NCBI GenBank assembly: GCA_021432655.1
Contig: MU271182.1
Span: forward strand, 267,985-300,625
Direction: 5' to 3'
From: Atractiella rhizophila
Lineage: Eukaryota
DNA length: 32,641 bases
Shown here: positions 22,301 through 32,641 of the stretch, piece by piece
Numbering within the stretch: the stretch's first letter is position 1
Layout: each line of letters opens with the position of its first letter
Program-made: the position numbers and the translations under genes
The notes under the pieces: generated by a model
The model's input: the letters and a program-made list of their open reading frames with translations, nothing else
Told to the model about the DNA's origin: nothing
Database searches by the model: none

Positions 22301-23688
22301 GCTACAACGGTGTAGTGCATCTGCGCTCAATTTTCTCTAACCATCAAGCTCCCGGAGTCGACATTGCAGCCTCCTTTTCAGGCTACGACCGAGTACGCCA
22401 CATTTTCAGCGGCGGGTTCTGGAAGGACAAGGCCACTGGTCAATGGGTTTGTGCGTCCTCGAATGTTCTCAGCCTTATGCGCGACAAGTCCTATTCTCAG
22501 ATGCTAGGACTTACACTCCCGCATTCGTGGTCTGAATCTCATTCGATAACCAACCGTTCACCAGGTTTGTCTTCTCTGATTCAGTGACCTTTCTGACATT
22601 GACAACCCGTCAGGTACTTGGGAGCTTGAGAGTCAGAGCAACATGCACTTACCAGCAATGGACACCATTTTTCATAAGCTGCAGCCCTCGATTCCTCTAT
22701 CATCGGATGGTAACAGCTTTCGCGATTTCAACCATCTTCAAGTCCGTTCAGTTATTGCTCACTCTGAAGAGGAGGTGCGCACCGGAACGTTTATCCTGGT
22801 AGAGCCGGAGGAACGTGTACGTTGTCTCTCTCTTCAACTCCTCTCGTCTCGGGTTCCTTGCTTACATTCGCTATCTCAGTATCCGTACATCTTTCGCGTC
22901 GACCAAATGCTTCTTCTGCAGCCGGTCGACTATCGTGCCGGGCAGAATAATCAAGAACTCCACATACATGGCTGTCAAATGAGCTTCACAGGAGCTTGGT
23001 ACAAGCACCATCAGCTTCCTCTCTTACTACCCTCTCCGCAATTATCGCGACTCGATTCAGTAGTAAGTCATTGCTCCAAGTATATATCTCGGTTTAAAAG
23101 GTACTAAATCTGCTTAAAGGACAAAATCAAAGGGATTGTCAATATTCAGCATGCCTGCCAGATAGCAGGGTGCGTCGACGATGGATTTGAACTGCTACGT
23201 CAAGAACGGAAGATGACTGAACAGCGGAGGCGTGCGATTCAGCATCGAACAGCAGACCCAAACAAACATTATTACATTTTGAATGCCTATACCGTCCGAA
23301 ATAGCGAAATGGTCGAGAGATTCCTTCCACCGATCCCTCGACTTGACCGCAAAGTGCTTGTCCATGAAGGTGTTAGAAAGCACCGAGAATCGAAAGCAGT
23401 TCAATTGCAGATTAAGGAAACGCTCGCCCGTCCCTCTCCGACTCTCCTTACATTGCCCTGCTTCCAATCAGGATTCCAGGCAGACACCTTGTCGGATGAT
23501 AGCCTTCGTGCTTTGATTCATCAGCTGGGAGGAAAGGTCCGCACGAATGTCAAGATGCGGGTACGCAATTCTCACTGCCATTTCCATTGTTCATGAGAAG
23601 ATAGAGCACCCTTCTTATGAACCTGGAGCGGACAATGGCGGCCATCCTCAATGCTCTTGCGACTATGGATGCTGAACTTCCTCATTAA
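19341..23688 (+). CDS. 13-exon, 1235-aa CMC/EnSpm(Plavaka)-like DDE transposase, apparently intact
   Basis: Exons 19341-19857, 19914-19993, 20051-20305, 20362-20740, 20793-20975, 21030-21135, 21188-21407, 21459-22094, 22144-22564, 22614-22816, 22880-23062, 23120-23560 and 23605-23688 are all bounded by GT-AG introns and are phase-consistent (3708 nt). Motifs: CRFC..H..H finger, LYADDTSGNRSKKWNKH, GDNPMQ, CRVC, DTPFEVLHGILLGFVKY, KFHLLVHL...RFG.....TEKFESYN and NIQHAC....C. Confidence 0.88.
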
Positions 23689-23778
23689 TCATGGCCACCG
23701 TGAGATTGTAGCACTTAAGTTGACTTATTGGCTCCTACAGGGAAGTAAATAGTAATATGAATTCAATTCCATGCTATT

Positions 23779-24966
23779 TTATTCACCCTTGACACGGTTG
23801 CGCGAGCTTCCTGTAGCTTCCTCCTGTGCATCAGAGCTTTCGCTCTCCGTCTCGAACGGTTGGCCAGCATTCAAGAATCGATGATACTCTTTGAAGGACA
23901 TTTCAGCAATTACTTTCGGCGCCTCGTGTCCGCGCTATCAAATGAAACATAAGTTGCATGAAAAGGTTGGATGAAGGAGCAAAGGAAAACATGCCTGGTT
24001 GGTGATGACGAGACCATCCGGGAGCTTTCGAATGTCTTGCCAACGCATGGACCGGCGATGGCGCGAGGGTTTCTTGAGACGAGACTGTGCGCGTGAAGCG
24101 TGAGGACGCAAATTCGAATAAGGGAAAGCTGACCTGAGTATTTGCTTTCCCAAAGGCAGTCAGCTCGAAGCGTTTTGGTCGACTCTTCCTCGGTGTCTTG
24201 TTCTGCAAACAACGGGCTCAGCATCAAGGTCACACAACAAGTGCAATAAGCCTCACCACGTATAGCACAAACTCATCCCCTTGTAGCTCAGGCTCTGATG
24301 CTTGCTGACCTCGCCGAAGGTTGGAAAAGTCGCGTAACGGGAGCATGGTGAAAGGCACCTTGATGAAGCAAGGAGTGCCCCAGCCTTCGCGTGTACCTTT
24401 TCCGCAGGTCACTATCTTCTCAAAGCGAATGAAGGTGATTCGTACCTCTGCCACCGCCTCCAGCGGTTTGAACTCCCCTGCTCCGTGAACCGCATCCCAC
24501 TCCTCCAAAATGGCTACCGCCGCCGCCCCTTCACAACTGGCTCGCTCTCTAATTATCTCTAGGATGTTTTGTACTTCCCACTGCATCAAAATAGACGTTG
24601 GTGCTCGTTGGTGGGAACATTTGAGGCGACATGATTGAATTTGAGAACCGAGTGAGGAAGTGAGGAGGCGGAGGGAAGAGATGGAAGGCGGAGAAGACTC
24701 GGACTCCAGGGAAGAAACATGGTTAACCAAAAACTGACGCTGGTGCACTTGCGAGGGACGTGGTAAGGATTGCAGCGCAATCTGGATGGTTGTGGAGAGC
24801 TTTTTTTGATGCTGTGTGCCTGAGTCACAGCTCCGCCGAACTTCGGCAGACTGAGCATCAAATTTGTTCTGGGTGGCACTGACCTTTTTGATTTGAGCTT
24901 CAGACGGCCAAATTTCTTGCCCGTCGACAAGTTTTTCGGTGGGCATCGCATCAACTTTTTGATTTC
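23779..24966 (-). pseudogene. 3' part of an unknown multi-exon gene, convergent with the transposase and cut by the gap
   Basis: Exon-like frames (AILEEWDAVHG...FVLYV | NKTPRKSRPKRF...HHQP | ...GSSRNRVKGE*) with intron-like boundaries. Stops or frameshifts near 24560-24590 are unresolved. No recognised domain. Confidence 0.45.
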
Positions 24967-24991
24967 NNNNNNNNNNNNNNNNNNNNNNNNN
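24967..24991. other. Assembly gap (25 N)
   Basis: Run of N. Confidence 1.
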
Positions 24992-25652
24992 TTCTTCTGT
25001 GAAATCTCAATCCATCTGCTGGCCTGTGCAACGGCACACAGCTCATTGTCACTCAGCTTCTCCGACGAGTCATCGAAGCAACCATCATTACCAGTGCACA
25101 CAGTGGCAAATCAGTTCTCATTCCTCGAATCGGCATTGACAGTGCAGTATCAAACCCGCTTCCTTTTCAATTCCGGCGCTTTCAATTCCCTGGGCGCTTA
25201 GCGTTTGCCTTAACTCTGAATAAAGTGCAAGGACAATCTGTTGGACATGTGGGTTTTATACTTAGAGTCTTCTCCTTTTCTCTCATGGGCAGCTTTGTTG
25301 GTCTTTCACGGTTTCCAATGTGAACAATTTACGAGTATTGGTCAAAACAAAGCAAGAAGAGGAAAACAAGCAAACAGATAATGTAGTTTACAAAGAAGTG
25401 TTACGAGCACTCAATCACTGATCATCTCTCAGCATGTTCCTAACAGTATAGTCAAAAGCTGAAGTGGTTCTCCGAGGTATGAGGAGACCACTCAGCGTTT
25501 GCATTGTTTTTTTTGAAGACAGTAGAGTACATATGGTGAGTCTGTGCTCACTGAAGGCGAGGCCCACGCAGTGGCCGCCAGAGGCTGGGGTCCAAGGGGC
25601 AAAGCCCCTGGTGGGAGGGGATGCCCGAGGGACGAGGCCACTGACACACTTG
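24992..25652 (+). mobile_element. Helitron helicase tail and 3' end (copy 2)
   Basis: Copy of 3708-4365. Stop codon at 25419-25421 and CTTG at 25649-25652. Confidence 0.8.
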
Positions 25653-25989
25653 TGAAGAGAGAAAGAAAGGGGATAAAAACAATAACATACCTTTACCCAA
25701 GGAAGGTTTCAACTTGATCGTTCTGAGAAGTGCCCTATGCTGCACCAACGCTCATGTCCCCTGTCAGATCCAAGTTCATTTTACTCCAGCTACGGACTTC
25801 TCGTGGGCACCTCCCTCGCCATCGCTTTCTTCCCTCTCCCATTGACTGCGTCGAACTGGTTGCAAAAACTAGTTGAAGACCATCGCCTGCGTTGTTTCGT
25901 AGCTGAGGAATAAAGCGGACAACAGGTGCATGATAACTTTGAGGAGGTCGAGACTCCCCGCTTTTACTGATGTCTAAATTATCCATCAT

Positions 25990-26812
25990 CTACAGCAGAA
26001 ACAACCTCATTTTACCGCCCATGACTTCAAATTTCACCCTATTGCCAAGGCATAAGCTCGGCCAGAGCAAAGAAGGTGAACTTTGCTAACTCACTTTGAT
26101 AGATCGTCAACGACCCAATCTCCGCCAGCTTCTTTCACCTCTTCCCTCAGATGTCTTGTCACCAACGCAAGGACCTTTGTGCCAGCTGCCTTTCCACTCC
26201 GAACGCCATTTGGGGCATCTTCGACAGCCACACCTGCTCTCTCCTATAATGAGCATGATGTATGCGAAGAAACAGGAGAAGAAAACATACAAGAGGAGGC
26301 GGAAAGGGAGAGAGACGAAGCTCCTTGTAAATAAGGGTCTGGGCTATCGTGTTTTGTGGGGTGAGACGGATTGAGAGAACATTAACATGGGGAAGGAAGA
26401 AAAGGGGAGAACGAACTTTGGTTTACCCTGTGCAACCGTGTCTGCCGTCACAAAGACGTCAGGTTTGGGCAGACCCACCGCCTGTAGAGCAGCACTGGCA
26501 TATTTCGTGGTGCCTGGAATGCAGTCACATTATTTAGTTAGTGACCCTGAAAAAGGAGGAGTCAAAAGGGACATACCTGAGGTACAAACAGCCCATTTCC
26601 CTGCTAAGCCGGCCTTGACAGCTTCTGCAGCTCCCTGTATTACTTGCAGTCTGAGACTGTGAGGAGGGGAGCCGAAACGAATGATGTTGAGCTCGAACCG
26701 TTCAGCTTCTGCCTCAGCCTCCGAATAAGCGCCAGCAGGAAGGTCAACATTTCAATGTGTTGGGAAGAGGATCGAGGAAGAGCGGACCTGTACTTCTTCA
26801 GGGTTGGTGAGT
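25990..26812 (-). pseudogene. 5'-truncated HAD phosphatase (copy 2)
   Basis: Copy of 4702-5524. Confidence 0.85.
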
Positions 26813-26843
26813 CTGAAGATTTCTAATTGGATGTTTTGGGTTA

Positions 26844-26992
26844 CAAGCTGGGCGAGCCCTCGTCCCTCGGGTTGACTACATCGAGTTTCCGCTGTTCAAT
26901 AAAAAGTGGTTGACTATGCTGTTAGGAGGATGCTGAGAGATATTCAGCGATTGAGTACTCATAACACTTCTTTGGAAACTACATTATCTGTT
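26844..26992 (-). mobile_element. Inverted Helitron 3' end (copy 2)
   Basis: Copy of 5557-5705. Confidence 0.75.
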
Positions 26993-29900
26993 AAATTGTG
27001 TGCAGGCACTCACAACTTCTTTAAGAGTGACAAAATATAAGGGAACAGAGAATCGAACCAACACCAAAAGCAAAATCAGGTCACACTTTTACATAACGCC
27101 AACTACACCATCGCACGAACTCTTTGCTCAAAAGTACATGCGTGAGTCATGCTAAAACAAGTCGTGCTTTATATATCGTAGCAGCGCCGTGCGCCAGTCC
27201 CCGACCTACGTGTAAGACAAGTCGTGAGTTTTTGGTCTGTGTCTTTTAATTGCGTTGTTGTTCAAGAATAAGAAGCGGTGGAGAGAAGGAGAGAACAATT
27301 CTGGTTAGTCATATGCTACTAGTGGCCGGAGGTACATCATTTTGACCCTCTTGCACAACGGACGGTTGTACCAGCAGTAGTGTGGTGCATCTTTGCACAA
27401 GGACAATACATCTAAGGGGCTACCCAATTGGTTTCCAGGATTTTTGGTGCAAGGCATTTGTTGTTTCAGCAATCCCACTTATATTATTGTTAAACCTAGC
27501 ATTCATTGGTGCAGGTTAGTGAGGAAAGTACTCACTATTCAATTGTCAGGTTTACGTCCATGCAAATCGGCGCCTATTTCGTCACTTTGCATCTCCAGTT
27601 GCCCATTTGTGTTCTGTGTGAGTCGGCACCTGTCTGTCCGTTGGCACTCCCATCACCAGTCTGTGTCTCACATTCACCAACTTGCACTTCCCATCACCAA
27701 CTTGCACTTCCCATCACCACTTTGCGTCTCCCATTGCCTATTTGTATTCTATGTGAATCGGCGGCCATTTGCCTGTTAGGCTGACACTATGCACAGTTGC
27801 TGATGCATCTGTAGTGGCGATAAACCTAAGGCACGATATGACATGAGGAGACTAACCTGTAGTGGAGATAAATCTAAGAGAATACTCTAAGGTCACCTCC
27901 ACTACTCTTCAATCTATATACAAGCGGAATAACACTGCCACAAAGTGTAGAGGAGAGCAGGTGAAACATGTAAGAGAAACAAAAGGGGAAAGTGACAGTG
28001 GGATTATGTGGGGTTAATAAGAGGAGAATAGACACAATTGGGCTAAGTGTTGATGTGAGCACAAATGGGTGGATGGGCAACCCGGCTCAGAGTGGCGACG
28101 GATGCAAATGAGTGCCGATTTGCAGGGAACGCAAATGGGTGATGAGAGACACAATCCGGCAAACGGGCACCGATTTGTATAAGATGCAAACCTGACATTG
28201 CCTACTTGCACTCTCCATCGCTGCTTTACACCTCCTGTCCCCTGCTTATGTTCTGTGCCAGTCGGCGCCCACATTCACCTGGTTACATTTCCATCATACG
28301 TTTGTGCCTGATTTTCCAGCTTGCTCTGACACATTACCGAAAATGCACCAGTCTATGTCACATGACCCACCTTCCTAGTCACATAGCCTACTTTCCTGCT
28401 TCACAGGTTCACGATTTTACCAATCACCGCCTTCATGGCGGTGCCCTTACACATGTATATATACATTGAGACAGTAGTGGCGACCACAGAGTATTCTCTT
28501 AGGTTTATCTACTACAGGTTAGTCTTCTCATGCCATATTATTGCTTAGTTTTATTTCCACTGCAAACGTATTGCCCATAGGTGACTGCACATAGTGTCAG
28601 CCCTAACACTTGCTCCTTAGTTTGTTTTCTGTTTCTCCAATCACATATCCTTACTGTGCTCACACATGCTTGCTTATACATGATTGGGAAACATGTTGAG
28701 ACTGGGATTCTTCCTATCACATTGGGAAGCATGAAGAGAAAAAATCTTTGTGAGGGGATATATATGTCTTTTACATTGTGGGGCACTCATGGGACCATAG
28801 TTGTCATGGTTTGTCGCTTATCTCCAACGGAACATTAGGCAATACTGCAAAAAAGATATAAGCCACTATTTTCATTTGAAAGCCTTGATAATGCTTGGGT
28901 AATTGTACTCTCCTGCTTGAATTTTGAGGTAACCTAATCGATCCATGTATTCATCCAAAGAATATAGACTCTGTACCAGTCTTTTCCTTCTCAGCTCAAG
29001 TACAAATAGCACAACACAATTGTGGAACCAACATTGTTGCATTATAGTAGTAACAAGCACATGTCCTTTTCGTATTTTCAGGTACCTTGTATGGCCCGCT
29101 CTCTTCAACCTTGGCAAAAATGCAGCATGATCATCAAGCTTTTGCTGAGCATTCAAATGATGTTTCTTTTGTTCCCTCTCATTATTTCATGAGCATGTCT
29201 TTGCTTCTTCCTTGCAATAATTTTGGTAAGAGTTAAAGGGGCTGGAAAGAGAATTCTGTACAATTCATGCCTGAATTGTGAGACACAAACTTATCAGTTT
29301 TGAAGATTTGAATGAACAAGACACTTGATCAGGAAGTTATCTTTTCATTTCTCAGATGTCACCTTTGCGTTTATGCTTAGAGGGCAGGTGCAGGTTGTAA
29401 TTTTAGATTTTGGATGGGCAGAAGAAAAAGATGGGTTTGAGAAGCTAGTAGCCCCTCGAGGGGCTCGGATGTAGGTCGGTAAGTGCTGCATGTGTGCAGC
29501 AGGAATGTCACCGGATGATCGTGTTTGAGCTCGACAAAGACCCTCCTGAACTTCGTTCAGGTCGCGGATAAGGATAAGGATGACATATGCAAATTGGAAG
29601 ATTGAAGGGCAAAGACGCACAATAAAATTATCCGTCGTTCGCATTCCCTGACTCTCTGTCACCGCACCTGAGCATGATTGCCTGAGTGGAAAAAGATGCA
29701 GAGGAGCGCACCACTCATAACTTTTAGAACATCCAATCCGGCAGCAGGGAAGTGGGAGGCTCTTCTTCCCATGCCCCTTTGAGTCCATGATGGGAGTCAA
29801 GCAGGGTGCAATCCATATCAAACAACCTGTGAAATAAAGTGACTGAGCATCAACCAAATCATTTCCATTATAGAAGACGAACACGTCAGAGAACTCATAT

Positions 29901-30134
29901 TCTAAAAGAGGAGCTTCGACATCGGGCATTCTGAGTGCCATGAGTGTTTGCGGCTGCTCGAGGAGATCAGGCGTTCTTATAAGTGCTGATGCACTGATCG
30001 CTCTGTTGTTTTTCTCTGCTGCTTTGTTAACCTCAAACAAATGCATTACGTTTGGCTGAGCTCTTGCAAACGCATGAGCAGCCGTTTGCAAGAGCAGCAG
30101 AAACACAAGAACAGGTGTTTATATACATGAGAGC

Positions 30135-30710
30135 TTGTGGCAAATAGAAACTCATGCCCCGTCTCCTTCTGGGGCTCAAAGCGGTCTCACTGCTGCTGAT
30201 GAAGCGGTTCAGCTCTGGAGCGACATTTATGAAAGCAATCTGCCTCCTCCTGATCGCCCGCACTTTGATGGTCCTATCTTCGACGAAAAGTGTTGGGGCC
30301 TAGGCCACCTCTTCTCCTCTTCAGCGATTAGAAGCGCTCTCGCTCGCTATCCAAAGGGCAAGTCTTTCGGCATTGACGGTGTCCATGCTCGCCTACTCGC
30401 CACTCTCTCATGCTTCTCTTCTGGTGAGGAGAAGGAGAATGCTCCCACCAGGTTCTTTTCTCTCACTGACCACCTCTCCTCCCTATTTCGCCTGGTTGCT
30501 GCTACTCGTCCTACTCCTTCACGATGGGGTGAACAGGTCATGCCCTTCATCCCAAAAGGCAAGGATCGTCCTCCAACCGCTGCTGATAGCCGCCCCCTGT
30601 CCCTCTTTGTTATGTTTCGGCGTCTTTGGGAAATCCTTTTCCTTCCCGCCCTTTCCAGCGAGAATCCCTCAAGCTGGAATTTCACACATATGGCCCAGGC
30701 TGGGTTCAAA
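30135..30710 (+). pseudogene. LINE RT fragment (copy 2, further truncated)
   Basis: AIRSALARYPKGKSFGIDGV, IPKGK, SRPLSL and QAGFK, followed by the deletion. Confidence 0.9.
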
Positions 30711-31065
30711 ATGTACGACTGATGTGTTCTTCCAATGGCTCGGCAGCTGGTTCCTCTTCTCATACAGGCTGAAAGGCATCGTAGGAATAAGCGGGGGAGG
30801 AGGTGGGACTGCAGAGCGTCATGGAAAGAAAAGAGCGAACGAGACAGATCAGTGCAGTGTTGCTTCGCTTCTCCTGCCATGTCAGCTTTTTCTCGCAAGA
30901 AAAGACGAACAGACATCAGTGTGTTGCTTCCCTCCTGATTCGCTTTTTTCGCCGCTCTGAAGACAGTGCGTGTTGGGATAACAGATTTCAATCATTGTTG
31001 AATTCGCAATTGGAAATATCGAAGAAACCATCCACAGGTCCGCTCTCTATTAGGCTTGTCACGGA

Positions 31066-32641
31066 TAGGGATGGCTATCGAATCGTATCGTATCCGATGG
31101 GCATCGATACGCGGCGACTCCGAAGCCGTATCGTATCGTATCGGCACGGTAGGTCAATGTCAACCTCGTTCGACATGGGTTCCGATACGACTGAGGCGGC
31201 GTCAGTCGATCGGTTTACGGCGTCAAGAGAAGGTGGAGGGACAAATGCATGGCTAACTGGTTCAATGCAAAACTTATAATCATTCCACATCCCAACGGTG
31301 TCATGTTCCTGCTCTTCAAGTAACTATGCTCCGACAGTTTCCCCCTCTTTCTGTTTTTCCGGAGTTCCTCCAGCTTCCTCAACAGGGCTCTCCATTCCCC
31401 TGTCCGATCTAATGCAAGCTTGGCCTTCGTGATAATCAAGGTCCCAATAGTAGATGGCATTAGGCGGTGCCTTCAGATCCCGATTGTGTCCCTTGCACCT
31501 GAGAATACTCGCTCAACACCAACGGCACACCCTTTGAAGCAACCGATGAGCTAGCAATCCAGTGGACACAAGAGAGGCATCAAAGGACAAACCAGGGATA
31601 GACAGTATATCTCTTGCCATATGAGATCATGCTGGCATTGCCTCTGCTCGATTCTGGTACCACTCAAAGATGTCAGCTGAAGCAGGGAGTTGACGTTGTT
31701 GCATGTAGTACTCAACCTCTCGCCTCGCTTCGATGTCTGCTAAAGCATTCTGCCCTTCGAGGTCACTGTCATTGATATGACTGTCATTAAAGGCGTCGTC
31801 GAGATAAGATCCGGTAGACTTCAGTTCTGTAGATGTGTTCGGAGGCTGAACAGAGAAGCCTTGGCCGTATTTCGGAAAGTATTTGGTTTTGAATAATTCG
31901 ATGAGATTGAGCTTGTGCTGCTCAACAGCAGCCTTTTCGAATTCGGTAAAAATTGAGCGCTGAAAAAATGTGGGCCCAAGTCGAGGATCAAGAACTACTC
32001 CCATTGTGAAGATCAGTAAATTGATGAATGGAGTAAGGATTATCAGCCACGAATGTATGAGCACTTACGAGCAGCATAAACATAGTAGGGGGAATCGTCT
32101 GAACGATAATGGTATCCGGCAAGCTTTGTGTGTGCTTCAACAAGACCAATTCGGTATTCCTTGGAGAGGTCAGGAGGGAAGGCTATGATTATCTTCTTTA
32201 GGTGATTTAGCAAGCCATGGTCCTGGAGGAGGGTGAATGAAAGACAGGGAGTTGAAGTTGTTGACATGCGAATTGTTGCATCTCTGAATGCCTGCAGCCA
32301 CTTGCAAACAATCTTGACTCCTTCCCAATCAGCTTCAGACAGGCATTAATCCTTGTCCAGTTCATAATGTTTGCAATATCGGTCAATAGCAGGTCTGCAT
32401 CTGTTAGCTAGATCCAACATCTCGTGGGTTGAGCCCCAACGAGTTCGGACATCAAGAATCAACATTCTCAGTGTAGTGCGGGACATACTCTCTAGCTCAG
32501 TTAAAGCTTTCTCAAGCTCCTGGAGCCAGCTGTTGCGACGATTTGGGGAACTACGGATGCCTCTTATTAAAGTGCGAAGGTGACAACTGGGACTCAGATT
32601 CACAGTTCAAATGGAAAAGGGAAGAAATGATAGACATACTT
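31066..32641 (-). mobile_element. hAT element (copy 2), partial; runs off the window
   Basis: Same TIR and the same GTCACGGA flank. Contains the C-terminal transposase exons with the same internal TGA. Confidence 0.95.

Larger units (their letters stand above)
24992..32641. repeat. Copy 2 of the long duplication (matches 3708-11770; runs off the window)
   Basis: Near identity. It lacks 9420-9983 of copy 1 and has an extra segment at 30755-30896. Confidence 0.98.

Noticed and set aside
24586..25101. ORF spanning the second N gap (and 15834-16133 / 15844-16083 across the first)
   Set aside because: These are artificial fusions through Ns. The right part is the antisense of the Helitron helicase tail.

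Overview
Eukaryotic, intron-rich DNA, very probably fungal (basidiomycete-like: 45-65 bp GT-AG introns, DUF6533-type gene). It is a transposon-dense region containing two 25-N assembly gaps. From left to right: a decayed flavin-dependent halogenase gene; the 3' half of a membrane-protein gene; an internally deleted Helitron (+) and a second Helitron 3' end (-) that converge on a truncated HAD phosphatase gene; a block of interleaved inverted repeats; a LINE RT fragment; a structurally complete hAT element (17-bp TIRs, 8-bp TSD, broken transposase); a Tc1/IS630-like remnant; and the 5' half of a pogo/Fot1 element. The centrepiece follows: a hand-spliced, apparently intact 13-exon, 1235-aa CMC/EnSpm(Plavaka)-like DDE transposase (19341-23688). 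It sits head-to-head with an 8-exon, 347-aa gene of unknown function, one of whose micro-exons is a near-perfect palindrome, and tail-to-tail with a third unknown gene. After the second gap, 24992-32641 is a near-identical second copy of 3708-11770 that differs by many CpG transitions and two reciprocal deletions. All family calls come from motif recognition by eye; no searches were run.
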